A DNA stretch of 50,362 bases, the filler included, from Catajapyx aquilonaris (taxonomy: Eukaryota): assembly GCA_000934665.2 (NCBI GenBank). It is 3 parts of 3 records of this genome, joined end to end, with 100 filler letters (N's around TTAATTAATTAA, not from the genome) between each part and the next. Parts side by side here need not be neighbours in the genome. Positions count along the whole stretch, not along the records: positions 16,735 to 33,440 come from JYFJ02007146.1; positions 33,541 to 50,362 come from JYFJ02007147.1; 1 more part is not named here. One strand, given 5' to 3'. The position numbers and the translations under genes were made by a program. Positions 21,949-36,500 of the stretch are shown piece by piece. A model generated the notes under the pieces. The model did not search any database. It saw only the letters and a program-made list of their open reading frames with translations, and had not been told where the DNA came from. Positions within the stretch are counted from its first letter, which is position 1, and every line of letters begins with the position of its first letter.

Positions 21949-21993
21949 TGATGATGAAGTTGACGACGACGACGACGACGATGATGATGATGA

Positions 21994-22036
<43 letters not shown>

Positions 22037-22045
22037 ACAAACAAA
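21949..22045. repeat. Compound microsatellite (GAC)n(GAT)n(AAAT)n(AAAC)n
   Basis: Directly visible in the sequence. Confidence 0.95.
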
Positions 22046-25000
22046 CTGTTTGTGCAGAATTGGAGACAGAGTTTTGAAGCCACCGACATCAAACTCTTCC
22101 TGGTGGTAGGTCATAATCGGCGATTATAAGGGGTTGGAAGAACGGTCCTACCATCCACTAGGGGTGATACATGAGCCAAATTGGCTCATTTCATACTCTA
22201 CGCCTCCTCCATCATTTCCCAGCAACGTTCACGGCCGAAGTGTGTGGTGCATTTTACAGTGTTCCAAGTGAAATGTTCGTAATTGCCAACAATTTTTGGC
22301 ATAAAGCTGGTTATTATATCCCCTCAAATAAATATAAACCTTACAGCCATTCCGATTACAACCATTTCATGTCCTATTTCGTAGGAGCCGTTTAGGACGT
22401 TTTGTGCTCCAGAAGAGGAAGAAGAAGGAAACTCCGTGTTTCTTGGCAGATGAGTCAGTTATATCAGTTATTGACTTGTCAGGATTCCGAGCAAGATTTC
22501 ACTCCAGTATTTCATTTAGACAGAGAGACTGTAAATAGGGAATACGAGGAACATTCTCTTGAATATCTGAATTCAAGCAGTCTTGACATCAATGTCGTCT
22601 CCTGTCGCTGCCGTAATGAAATAAAGTGCGCTTTCGAATCCTCTTGTTGGTATTATATAGGCCAACACGAGTGTACTCCGAACATCACCCTCTCCGAAAA
22701 ATTCGGCTAGAAGCTCGGCACGACGTCATGGTCTAATTACTGTTCGACACAGTAAGCTTTAGTAAGCAGTAACTTATTTACAGGGTACAATGACAGCATA
22801 ATCTCGCTCTCAAGCACGTACGACTCGCTTATCGTTTAAAGTATTTGGGTCATAACAACGTCAAATGCTATGTTATTACACTGCAGTTAAATGCATAGCG
22901 CAAGTGGTTTAAACGTCCAAAACGTACGTCGAAATTACGAGCTCGTATCTACCGTTAAACGCTTGCCAAGGCCCAGAAAAATATGGATATATCCTTAGCC
23001 TTTTGTGAGGAATTAATCCCTCGAACGATCCAACACTTTATTCCTAGCACTTTGAGTTGAGATTCTCTCACGCACAATGGGTAAAGAAAACTGAACTCAA
23101 AAGTTGGTGTGTACAGTACTGTTCCTAGACTTGCACTACTGTACGTGTATATATGCCAGATATTTCTGTCCATTCATAATGACGTACAGTACATAGGTAA
23201 ATTATTGAAACCCTCTCGCATGATGTCCCTGAATATCTAGCTATACCGAGAAATACAATATTTTTTTCATCTTGGTCTATTAATAGAGTACCTTGTACTC
23301 AGCCAAAATTAATTAACGCACGTTTTTCGTGATTTCCGCTACTTAAGCCCCTAAATAAAAAATTCAGGTTTGATGCATTTTTCAGGCATGGTTCGAACTG
23401 TCACTGCAAGCAGACATAAAAATGTGCAAGAGTTCTATTCAGAATCCACATGCAACGCCTTGGTTACGTAACTTCTTGTCATACAATGGACTAGTGCTAC
23501 AGACAAACCTCGAGAACTCGATGTCATTTGTGTATTAATCGAGTTCCCTACAGAGACAATCAGCAGATAGCAGAGAGCTGCAGCATGGAGCGCTGTCCGA
23601 ATGCAGCGCCAGACTGAAGACCTTTTGTCCCAGACTTAATAGGCTCTCAAAATTGGATTGTCCTTACGGATAACGCGTATACCTACAGTGGTTGACTGGT
23701 GGCAATTCAGGCCGAATATCACAAGAACTTGGCAGAACACGGTATTTCTCTCGAGTCTTGACAAGCAGGCTCTGGTGGTATTGTCTACTGAATTCCGCTT
23801 GAACATGGCAATACTATTTATGTTCACAGCTTAATTCTTGCATATTAATTTTGCGAACCGCTCCTTGTTGGCCAATTTCCCATCAAATTATTCTCCCATC
23901 CAGTGACCAGAAGAACCTCATCAGTAGAAGCAATCACATCCTATGTGACCGAGATGCTCCATAATCAATCTGAACACCCCCATAAAATATTCCCGTCCTC
24001 TAATTTGTTCCAGATTTGCGCTCACGTACTCATAACGCTCGTAATGACATCTATCGCCTTGTCGGCCATACGTTAACAGCCTACTTGTCCACAAGTTAGG
24101 AGCGGTAAAAATTCACGAGCTAACTCCCCTCGAGTTAGGTGACACTAAATGACCCACGTGCGAAAGAAAAGAGCAGCAGCAATGCGATGCGTCTATTTCT
24201 GAAAAGGACGGGAATCCAGGAGGCCGTGGTCGGTGCAAATAACGCGGTTGCGTCATGTCTTCTGGTACACAGAACACAACCACTCCACCACGCCCTCCTT
24301 ACTTTTAGGCCCACAAGCTGCGCCTTGCTTCCTCCATTCCGGTTATATACTCAGACGCATTATTTAAACGGAGCAAAACAATACAAAAAGGTTGGGGCGG
24401 GTAATCCTCTCCAAGTGGATCCGCGCCAGGTTCACGATCAACAACTGTACAGTGTTGCAATGTGTTCGATGCAGCTTCAATTTCCAGTTTTATGGTAGTA
24501 AAAATAGGCGCAACAACAAAAGGCAAATCGAAAACTGGGTCGGCAATGCAGATTTATCGAGATTAAAATGCGAAATTTCATCAGCATAATAGCAATGCGG
24601 TAATCAGTGCAAACTTTTCGGTCTCCATATAATCACGTCTAAATGCATGTAAACATATTAATTCTTCAAATTGCGACCGTGTAATAGTTTATCGCTCAAA
24701 TTAATGGTTGTACCGCATACAATAGATAGAATCAACAAATGTAATATACACACTGGAATATATTATACACCCTGCGCAGAGAGATACCATGTGAAATTGA
24801 CAGTGGTTAACTTATGGCATCGTAATACGGATTATTCGGTGGGTAAGTTTAGTCCCAGTTTTGAACACTAGACTGTGCAGATACCCCTCTCAACGTCCTC
24901 ATTGCATGCCCGTACTTGATCAATTAGTCGCGGTCAGTCTGTCACATCCGCCCCCAGCAGACATGTCAAGCCCCAAAGGGGTTTTGGGGTATCACAATAT

Positions 25001-28000
25001 TTCTCTGCAATCTAGCATCGTGACCCGGAAGCCCAGTTTCCCCGGTCTTTGAGGGCGACTCAGTGGCCGCATATACGGGTAATGAGAAAATTTAGGCATG
25101 CAAGCCCACGCTTGAAAAGGGTGCTGAGGAAATGGCTCCCGGTTTTCTCCCCTGTTCCCCTGAAGGGAGCCCCCGTATTTTTAAACCGGGAGACAAATGA
25201 GAAGCGCCGCTTGCCTTCTTGGCCTCTCCCAACGACTTTTCATTCTGTCTACTAATCCTCGACTCTCGCTAAAAGGAATTTCTTTCGCCAATTCCTGGCA
25301 CACTCTCGTTTCTTATCCGGATATAAGTCACTGCCACTATGGGGTTGGGGACTATATACACTGGGAGAGGAAAGCAATAATCTTAAACGTGACACTTACC
25401 ATTCTCGATGTAATAGGTAGTTTCGTTGTACCTCTCATCGGTGAATCCGGGCCTCTTTGCCTTCAGGGCTTTGGTCTCCAACTTGGCCTGAAACAAACGA
25501 TCCGTATATTTTAGAACGACGACGATGTATATGCAATACTCAATTTGTCTCGTTGCGCACGTATTTGCATAACCTGTCTCGCTCAAGTTGCGGGACGGGC
25601 CGTTCGGGCACAATGTCACGTAGTGCAGTCTAAAGACCAGGGCTGTGCTCTAAACCCGGACGAAATGTCGAATTTCAAGTCGAGATAGGTCGTTTCATTT
25701 GTAGTTTCTCCGGCGACTCTCCTAGCTAGCGGCGCTGCTTAGGATTTTGTTTCGAGAGGTTCGGCATCGATTGTTTGGAAACACATACGTGTTGAGGGCT
25801 CTTGCTGAAGTTTTCCGGAACCAAAGGGGGCTCGAAACAGGCCCAGCAAAAAAATTAATACCTATAGTTCGTATCGGGTTGGTAGTATAGTTCACGAGTG
25901 CAATTTAGCCAATATGAGACGATGGCAAAAAAAGTCCAAAACCTTGTATTGTATACGCACCGAAGAATTGCAAAAGGGAGTTTCCTTGCAAAATGACTTT
26001 GCCGGGGAAGGATTTTGCGAGATTCCTGATGAAGCGGAGAGAATGGGTGCCTGGCCAAAATTGGCAGTTTGGGCAGCGGCGGTTGGCTCCATTGCGTGCG
26101 GGCCACGAAATCCTCCCCAAACACAGGGGTCTGGAAGCGCAGCCTTTCGTGATCCAGAGTCCAACTACTCACAAGTAAATGAAGCACGCCAATTCCTCAT
26201 TGGGATCCAACTTTATTTTTTTCCCCCTCCTTCTCTTCGGCAGCAGTTATTTGCAGCGTCGAAGCAGCAGGAGGTGCATAAGTGCCTCGAAACTTAACTC
26301 CTCCCGGATAACCCGAACTAATTTCAGGTATATCTGGGGCAATAAGTCACGAACCATCAGCCGTCGAAAATGGCAACGCCGTAATCTACTCCTCGCCCTC
26401 TCAGATCATTTGGATTGGTCCGCAGGCAGTGCACGCAGCATTGCCAATTCGACTCCATCTTGTGGCTGGCTGCTGCAGGAATTCAATTTGAACCAATGTA
26501 GCCGGCCTAATCAGTAGGTTGTAAACCCGGGGTCGAACATAAATCCGGTTGTCTTAAGTTGGCACACACGCCTCTCATGTCCTACGATCGATCCATCTTA
26601 CTTCCTTCTGGTCCATCAGACCCCACGATGGAGGCCATCTCCCCATCCATCCATCGTCTTCTCTACGCCCCACAGCTAACTCCTAATCACTTTTTCGCAC
26701 GCATATGGGCCTACTGACAGCCCACATCTTTCCACGAATGCATCATATATGAAATGACCTGGCCTCTTTAGCCACATGTGGCAACTACGCCCCAAAAATG
26801 GCCGCCGCTGCGATCAGCTGATGCGTCTCCGGAAAATGCTTCGTAAGTGGGGGATAAAACTTGTAGGGCCCGGGTGTCCGGAAAAAATGAGCTTCGATAA
26901 AGAGTATCTGAGTGAATAAAGGATATATCCTTTTCCGTAAAAATGAGATCGATCCGTTCTAATCGAAGGCCTGCAGGGTGTGTCCTCACTTCAGGTTCCA
27001 CGCAGCTTCTTTTATATGGCGTTCCAGCCATAATAACATGCTAAACAGAGGCTGGGAACAAGCGGCGGAGCTGCCCCCGAATTAAGTGTATCGGAGTTTG
27101 CCTGGCTCATTTGCATAATATGCCGGATGCCTGCTGCTTCTGCTAGTGTGTGTGTGCGTGTGTGTGCGTAAGCACGAGCGAGCTTTTCATGGGTTTTTGT
27201 GTTTTTTTTGGCAGGAAGCTGACAGCCCTGATTAATACGCCACTATCCTCTTAAAATCGATCAACATTGCAACAATAGCTCCAGTTTGTTCTTGCGTTAC
27301 ATATGCTTAATGAGGTCAAAAAGCAAATCAGGGTATACTATAGTTGCCACACATTTTAAAAGTCAGTATAAGTCACTACTGTGTGTATCACAATAAAAAA
27401 ATCAGAGTGAAACACAATCATACTTGTAACTAAATCACTCTACAAAATATCAGCCTAATGATTACACATCATTATAGAGACTGCGCAAAAATAAGGGTAC
27501 CTTTCTTTCTCCTTGGAATGAATCCACGTGCATATCGGATGCTTCGCTGCAACACAATTTCTGCGTAAGATAATTTGTACAGAACAAGCTTTATACACGT
27601 GCGTAACCAAGCCAAGGAAATTGATAAATTTTTCAGTTTATTTTTGTAACTAAGACTGACGAAACGCGGGCATTCTTCTTCTTCCCCTTCACCTCTGCCA
27701 TTTTTGTGGCAATTCCATCGAAAATCTGAATTATCAGAACTAAAGCCTGGTGATCTATTTTGTGGTATACGTATGGCAACTCCCTAATGTACCGTAACTT
27801 GTAATTACACTGAAATATTACGGTACCCCACACAACAGCACGCATAGTAACTAATATACAGCCTGCTACACTGCAGGTGGCGAATGTACTGTCTGCATTT
27901 GCAATGTAATCTCCTTGAATTAGTTTCTCACTCAACGGTGTAATTCAGTAGTCTATAATCCACAACATCGAGGAAAAGGCTTGATATTTCTGCAGGCTCC

Positions 28001-31000
28001 TCTCTGGCACAGAATAGACCCATACGAATTCAACGCGCATAACACAATGCAGTTGTCGCGACTTTTGTACAAACTCGCTCACTCCGGAGTCATTTGATTA
28101 AAAGCGAATTAGAGCCCACACAATTTTTTTGTACACCCGCAAAGCAATGCCGAGCTTCATGCCTAGACGACGTTCACTTTGTTTAGCGTTCATAACATGG
28201 CAACCGTGCTAATTAATTAATGACGAAAGGTGAGACAGCACTCGATAGTTCCAGGCCCTTCCTAATCCTGGTAATGCTGAGCCCTCGCCCGCCATTAATA
28301 CCGTAACCAAAAATTAACTTCATTACTCCAACTACCGTCGGTAATGAACTTCATAATCATTATCACCAGCACTTGCCCCGAATATCCATCCGACATGACA
28401 ACGCAGTTTCGTCATCTTATTTCCGCCCCACGGTGTTCCCCGCATTTTTCTTTTTCCATCCCCATACTTGCCAAGTGACGTAAACACTAATGGACGTCGG
28501 CGCTTTTCGAATCGGAGCTCACGAGCTACGAAATGTTTATGGCGTTTGCCCGGAAGGAAATGACTTGCTTATGGTACCGACCGCCCCGTGCCAATCTCGA
28601 CTTCACGCTTGTTTATCCACCATTTGACGTGGCGTCGCTCGCGGCAGATATATTTTGGCCGGTACGCAATACTACCCCCCTGGTAAGAAAATCATAATAT
28701 AATAAAAGTGCACAATTTTTTTGCAAAAAAAAAGGCAGGTTGCAGCAGGTGATGGTGAGGCTCCAACCAGATTTGGCTCCGTGTCGAGTTGGCGAAACCA
28801 CTGACATTTGCATGCGAAAGTGGCGATTTTCGGAGCCATGGGTACGGTAGCGAAACTACTGTGAAAAAAAAAGTGAGCAGAGTACGGGGCTTTTTCCCGA
28901 CTAAACACTTTGCCGGCTTTTTACTAATTGCAATCGGCGTGGACGTGCCCTGCGCGTTCAATTCCAGGCTTAGAAAATTATTTCTCTTACTCTCTGTTTA
29001 CTAATGATTTTTTTTTCTCGCTCGCTTGTAATGTACAAGACCGTTGGCGTTTTTTAAAGGCCCTTGCTGGCAGCGGCTACAAAACATTTGTTCAGTAAAC
29101 AAGAATGATTTCAACCGTTCAGGGAAAAAAATCCAGCATCATGCAAATGGCACGAACTGGCAGCTTGCTGGAGTCCGAAGCCATCTGAAATGTATAGCCT
29201 GGGATGAAAACCGTCCAAATCCTATTCAAACCATTTCCTGCTCTACTGCTCGCATTAATTTCACCAAACCTGATATCCGGACTTTCCATTTCTGCAACAT
29301 GAGGGCCTTAACTTCAAATAGCAACCGCAGCCGCTATCAGAAATCGCGCAAAACTGAATGCCACAGATTTAGACAAAATCCTTCTTGGGCCATCCTGCAC
29401 TGTATAGATTAGAATGTCCCATGTATAAAACCCAAAGCACTCAGGCTTCGACGTAACCCTTGATCAAACTGTTGCACCGAGCGTTCACCTGTGTCCTGCT
29501 CATCACCAGGCCCATAAATCGTGTCTTGCTATCGGAAGAGAGTGAAATAAATTGAAAAAAACCTGCCGCCATCTTGCCACTCGTCTTTCAAAAAAAAAGT
29601 AGGAAGCCCTTATCTAAGAGCACCTTAACGAGAGGATCGACAAAAGGCTGCGGAGGTGGAAATGAAGCATCCATCACGGTGTTAGGATGATGGTCCTCTC
29701 CGGTGACTACTTTCGCGTAGCTTCATTTGTCAGCCTCAGATGCATCGATTAAACTTCTAGACCTACTCAACACGACCTTATTCATTATTCACGCTCGGCA
29801 GATACGTCATATCGCACGAGGTTTGTTGGCACAGTACCGAAAGATTCCTTTTGAAAACAGGGTATCAGAACCTTCTTGAAGTAGAGAGAGACCATCGCTC
29901 AAAAGCGGGAGGTAACTTGAGCAAGAATGAACATTAGCATACCATGGGTCAGCGAGTATGGCACGATTACAGGGTGAAGCAAAATTCAGGAAGAAAGGAT
30001 GTGATTTGTCAAATAACCTAGTTACAATGTTACTTCAGAATGATGGCCCTTCACTGAGGTTATTACCGTCTTGTGATTTATCCTGCGCACATACCAACTG
30101 CGGTTCCTGGGTCTCAAAAGCGTGAAATCAGTCGCGTTTCGTGGACATATATCAGGGGATCCGTGCTATAAAATATTGCGTAACAAGTGCTCATGACATG
30201 AACAATAATTCATGAGATGAATTCATTTCTATATTTTCAAAACCAACGTGATAATTAAGCTCCTTTACATGAAATCATTATACACACTGACCTGACTATT
30301 ACCTAATCAACTCAAGCTTCTCCTTATACTATTCCTTGTATACTCTCCAGTACCGGTATACTTGAAAATCACATATAGATACGCAAATTATCAGAACTCG
30401 TATATAAACTAGCAACAGGATAAGACGTCAGGTGGCAATACCGCTTGATATAGCCTGTAAGTCTAAAAAAAGACCGAGATTACCGTGATTAAGGCTAAGT
30501 GGAATTAATCTTCCTGGCTCCATACGTAGCTTACTCAAAATTCCCACAGTCATTTCCCACTGCTCGGATCGGTGTCGCTGCCGTACTATAATTAAGTCGA
30601 CGTTGAATTAAGCTTCTGTCACTCAAGGCCTTGTAATGTCTGCAGGGTCTGCGCCTCTTCATTTTATTTCCTCGTAAGAAATTTGCATTCTCTAAACATT
30701 TTTTTTCTTCTCTTACGCCGGCTCTCGGTTTTTATAGCTCTACGTGTTATGGTCTTGTTTGGTTGGGGATAAGGTTGATACTACTGAAGTCGTCGTTCAT
30801 AAAAGAGACTACACATAATCAGAGGGGTCTTTATAGTTTTTGTGCCTACCAGATATTGTAGTCCATGATCTCATCTCCTTCCAACCTATACCCTTCTCGT
30901 TGCTAGGTGACTCTAAATTGCAGTATTTAGGTACTCAAATAAGTAAATCTCATCAGAATCCTCAAATGGCCATCAAACGGGTTATAAAACAATCAATTTG

Positions 31001-33440
31001 GACCCTGGACTTCCAATACACTGACTACCCTATGACTGTCTCCTGATCGTGACATTTTACCAGGCAAAAGGTGTTGATGGCTGCTGCCCTCCAGCTTCAG
31101 ACGGACAGAAAAGACCATATTCATAAAATTCTTATAGGTCATAGGATAGTTGAAAGGGTGCGTCAGATGCCCTCTTAGAACGAGGTTCTTTTCTGTTAGT
31201 TCTCTTGTTGACATTGAATGTCGGCTATGGTACGGTCATAAGTCTAAGATAAATGTAAGTCTTACCAGAATATATATTTTTCCGTTTATAGTGGTAATTT
31301 TCATACTGAACCTCAAATCTTCAAGTAGGTCTACTTCTGTCATACATTTCATATTTGGTCGGATTTGGGTTAGGTAAATTATATTATTATGTTTCCATTT
31401 CAGCTGACAACGCCGTTATCTCTTTCGGATCAATCAGCCTATCAGGAGACAGATAAGTTGACATGAGTAAAATAAAATAAAATAAATATAGGAGAATGAC
31501 GGCCTAAGCAGGCTACTCCTTCCTAGTGGGGGGNNNNNNNNGGGGGAAGCAGTGTTGTCAAAATTTGACAACGGGTCCGCTACTAGTTCCTTATTAAACG
31601 GGTGCGGGTGGGAACAAAACGGAAATTGGTAAGCGATGATACGAAATTGGTGACTGATGCAGAGCAAGACAGTCTTTTTATTACTCTGCCTATAATGTCC
31701 ACAAGACCAAGATATCTAGGACAAAGGGGGAGAAGTTGTGGTGGATTATTTCCCCTAGCAACCATTTGAACTTGTGGATTTTTAAAACCCCTGAGCAATT
31801 TTGAAATTTAAAATGCGTACATTGTAGATTCATCAGATTTAAAATATCGAAAACACAGAAGCCAATTAACCTCATGCCCGACGTAGAATACTTATTTACA
31901 AAGCGCTTTCATGAAAACAGGATCATACAATGTGACATGCCAGTGGTGACAATTTTTCCAATACTGCAGCTGTTAGTCAAAGAGCGCATATGGGATGCGC
32001 TTTTCATGCGCAGTGTACACAATGTGATATACAGTAGGCTACATGTTTACAAAACAGAGCAACAACTTCTCCTTTCTTTGAAAAAACAAACAAACGTAAC
32101 TCAATACATGATCCAGCAATATTGTGCAAGCAAAGAAACGGATTTCCGTGAAAAACTGCACACATCATGCCAATAGGTGTTTAGTTAAACCTTCACTTAA
32201 CATTGCAAGCGCCCGGTTGCATAACAGAAAATTAGCCAATTTTGTTAAATGCAATCAGTGTGGTATGATTACACAACTCACTCTGAATATTACATCACAT
32301 TGCACTCATATAATAATACACCAAACAGAAAACTTTGCGCAACATCGACAGCATGATAGCCTTCATACCAAATACTCCTAGACCTTGAAGTTCAACTCAT
32401 TCTTAAACACCCCTTTTCTGAATGAATATTATTAAATATTTACAGCCCCAGAACTGCCCTAGGCTCATTACCGAAACGCCCTCCCTCCTTCCAACCGCAC
32501 CAATAACTAATTCAAAAACCCCCGTATTTTCCGGTATGCCGCGCCGTGCAGTATTACAACAGTCCCTCCTCCCCCTTGAACTGCAACTTGATAGGCACAG
32601 ATACAACTTTAATATCCTACAGCAGCCAAGCTGCCTCCAAGCTAGAAAGTTTTTGGGGGGGATCCTGCTGCAACAGGTGCACCTTTTTCCATTCCCTTCC
32701 TTCTGAGTTTTTCTCCATCATGATCCGCCGCCAACCACTTCTTCCTTCTGAGCAAACTTTTTCCAACAGGAGAAGTGAAGCTGCTGCTGGAGAAAATCCC
32801 CTCTCGCCATCATCCAACTGAGCTCGCTTCCTTGCCCACGCCTGCGTTTCTTTCTCTTTTCACCCGCCTACCTTCTGACGATTATACGCTACATGTACCC
32901 ACTGAGCAAACTTCAGAAAAAAGGGGAGTCTATAAAGTTCTCTTTTTTTTCAACCAATTTCACCTCCCTTTTTGGCCTTTCCGCAAGAGCCATTTCATAT
33001 TTTGCCCAAGTATAGGTCCATCTCAATCGAATCCAGTTTTATAAAAAAAAACTGGTTTCAAATGGATTATTGCTGTCCTACCGGATCGATGTGAGTCTCC
33101 AGGCACCAACAGGCAGCGCTTAGATGCAAAAATACACGATACGTTTGCTGTCTTCCGCGAGTGCAAAAATGACCGGGATTTATGGTGGCCGCCGGTGTTT
33201 TGACGTGGGACTCTGGACTGATGGACCCCGTGGAGCTGGACGGACGTGGTATCCACGGCAACGGACTACTGCTGTACACCAGACGCGATTTATACTCGCG
33301 TGAGGTGTCGGCCAGCAGATAAGGCTTTGTGCCATACAGTCGAATTTCCGGAAAAACAGAGGTAAAAATGCCTAGTATAAACCGCCCCCTGGACACGTAC
33401 ACAGCTATCGCATTTTATCACGTTAATGTACTGGGGGGGG

Positions 33441-33540
33441 NNNNNNNNNNNNNNNNNNNNNNNNNNNNNNNNNNNNNNNNNNNNTTAATTAATTAANNNN
33501 NNNNNNNNNNNNNNNNNNNNNNNNNNNNNNNNNNNNNNNN
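33441..33540. other. Artificial contig spacer
   Basis: Identical 44 N + TTAATTAATTAA + 44 N. Confidence 0.95.
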
Positions 33541-36500
33541 AAGATAAACTTGCTTATCGAATTGTTTATTGAGGCTGGATGAGTCGGAATGGAAATCAAT
33601 ATGGGGCCTGTATATAGTGGGTGTTGATACCGATAATTAATCATGAAATGGCGCGCAGGATGCATTAAGATAATAGATGGCATTTGCATTACTAATCCAT
33701 TGTTTGGTGCTTTGTATGGAGGCCCAAAACCAGTTCATTTGTTGTGTGTGCCTTAATTACAGTAATTAGCGCTGATTGTACCTGCGCTAGTTGCCCACTC
33801 GACTTTATATAGCAATATAGGCCTGATTTTAGTGCATAGTGTTGTTATTATTATGAAGGCTGGATCTTATCGATATTTTTGAAGGGCTCATTCCCTGCCG
33901 TAATTGGGGTCACGGCAGCAACTATATGGGAGGTTTGGCCAAAATTCTTGTTGTTATACAAGTGACGTCATTCTTGCTGAATGGTTGCATATTCAGCGTT
34001 TATTGCTGATGTCGTGCTGAGATTTTGTTGTGCGTGTGCAGAGTAGTGCTGTTCAGTAAGCATCGTTTCTCATGGGGGTGTCAAGACGCTCCCCCCAAAA
34101 AATAGGAGGCGGGGGAGTCTTTTAAATCGATAAGAGCGACCTTGTTATACCCTGCATGCAGCCCACTAAAGATGCTTTTGTGAAGTGCATTATTGTCACA
34201 CATTGTGTGCGACATAGTTGCGGGCCCAGCTTGCTCAGTAATCCGGTCTTTTCAACTGTTAATCACGTATTTCATCTTCACGGGCATTTAGTTTTCACGG
34301 AAATGAAAGATGGGGATTTGACGGACAGAACCCCCTTCATTAACATCAAATGGGGCGTGTTGTCACGCCGAATTCAAATGTGTTGGGGGGATCAAATTAA
34401 TTACCGTCCAGGGCCCCCCCTTGAAAGCAACGACCGACCGTGATCCGGATATTCTGCACCGGATTTGCCACCATTCCCCGCATAATATTTTGCGCGCTGA
34501 AAAAAGGTCCTTAACGAAATGAATCCGACTGCTCTTTGGAGGGGGTTTGAACAACCGCTGTTTTTTTAAGTAGTTAGGTAGTTTTTGGTGTAGGATTTAG
34601 CGGCGGTCACCTGTGGCGGGGCTCAAAGGCTCATTCGCAGAGGAGCTCTTGTATGTAACCCGGCTTGAGTGACAACTCCATTTCCAACACTTACTCCCGG
34701 CGAGAAAGTGTGTGTGCCCAAGGACTTCCGAGCTTTCTTGGACCAGAAGCTCTCTCTCTCTCTCTCTCTCTCTGAAAGAGGATCCTCCATTGCAGAGGTC
34801 CACACTGGCGCCCAGGAGAGGAGACGGAGAAAAGAAGGAAAAAAAAAGTCTGCAACGTTTTCACAGAATTTGCAATCAGCTTTGAAGAAACTCGGATGGA
34901 AAGTACTGCAGGGACCTACTTAGAAAGACTTGTCGTAATCACTTGCTCGGAGCGGAAAAGTAGCGCAAAAAAAAAAAAATCTATCTGTCGGGCGACATGA
35001 AGCACCTATTTTTAGACCAAGCGTTTGCATACTTGGCACATGTTATCGCCAAAAAATTTGTTCATTAGCGCCGGTTGGGTAGTCTCATTGCATATTTACA
35101 CGATGGTAATTTTTTCGCCCTGAAGACCCAGTTTTGTAGTTGCAAAAAATTTTGCCCATTTTTTCGCAAATATTAAAAGTATGGCATCTGACAGAAATAG
35201 TTTGCTGTTGCGGCATGTTTCATAATGAATTGTTGCCTACTCCTTATATACATTTATATTCGCCTAAATATATGCACAAAATGTAGTGCAGCTATGCGAT
35301 TTTTTAGAAATGTAATGAGATTTTCATGACTTGGTTCATGTTAGTGTTGCCAAAGGTTTAGATCAAGGTGTGCCGCTAGTTCGAGTGAAGTTACTCGATT
35401 ACTCCTTTTGCTTTTGGAGCTACGGTGCAACTTTCTTGCTATAGGAACCATGGTCTAATTAAGCGATTGTAATTTACGGACCCAATAATACCAGTTGCCT
35501 AATGAGAAAGGGTCCCATTAATCAGGGCATCAACCGTAAGATTACCGACGTTGTAAATGACGTTCGAATGACGTCGTCATTGGAAGAACATCCAAGAAAA
35601 TTTCGGTTGATGCACGAATGAAAGTGCATTCCGGCCGTTTCACCTAAAGTAAAGGGAGTTTCCCCAATGTTGTGGTACAGTGTTCCACTGCGGCTAATCA
35701 AGACCGTAGTTGTACTTAAACCGCAGTATTTTAGGGGTTTACGGCTGGTCATTAATGGTTTGGCCTCACCGTATAAGGAGCAAGGTGGACTTAATGGTGG
35801 GTCAAGCCTCCTGATTTATGTATTGCTTTTGCCCGCAATCTGACTCGAAATAGACTCAAGTCAGGTGCAGTTTCACACACACACACACACCCGCACACAC
35901 ACAAAAAAGAAGTGGCGCAAGTGTATTCTAAAACGATATGAAGCGGTTTGACTTGCAGAGAAAAAAATAAATTCGGATCGATCAATCGATGAGGGAGCCA
36001 CAAGTCCCAACTCGGGGACCTCTCCAGCTGCTCCCGTGTGCAAAAATTCTCATTTTTATATTTTTTTTGTGGGGGAGAAAGAGACAACCTTCCCCACTTT
36101 TCAATTTCCGCTCTTCGCTTTTCCCAAAATTTTTGCTTTGGATTTCTGCCAGGGCGCGAAAAGTTTTTTTTTCGAGGACTGCGCCGCTTGCTTCCAAGTG
36201 CTGCGAAATTTCTTGCCCTTTTCTTGTATCCGAACTGTATTTTTTTGACATACTGAGATCAATCCACTGGGTGTTGCAAAAAACATGTGCAGAAAGTATT
36301 ATGCAAAAAAAAAGTTTTTTGATAGATGATACTTTATGTACGAATTCTTGGAAAATCCTGGAAAATTTAATGCTAGGCTCTATTACTGTCTCAAATCGGT
36401 ATGTTGACATAAAAAAGGAGAGTGCCTCCGTTTATCCCAGTTTTATGAGTCCACTTTGCGCTGGAGTGGGCAGCGATTGCACTCCTGAGGTCCACAACTT

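Noticed and set aside
26918..26933. ATATCCTTT (AT-AC U12 donor-like) inside the palindrome AAAGGATATATCCTTT; a similar motif near 22989
   Set aside because: No adjoining exon was identified, and it is on a different contig from the tomosyn U12 acceptor
30840..31046. ORF with LQYLGTQIS, resembling the YLG motif that follows non-LTR reverse transcriptase domains
   Set aside because: A single short motif with no YADD or other RT motif nearby; needs BLASTX
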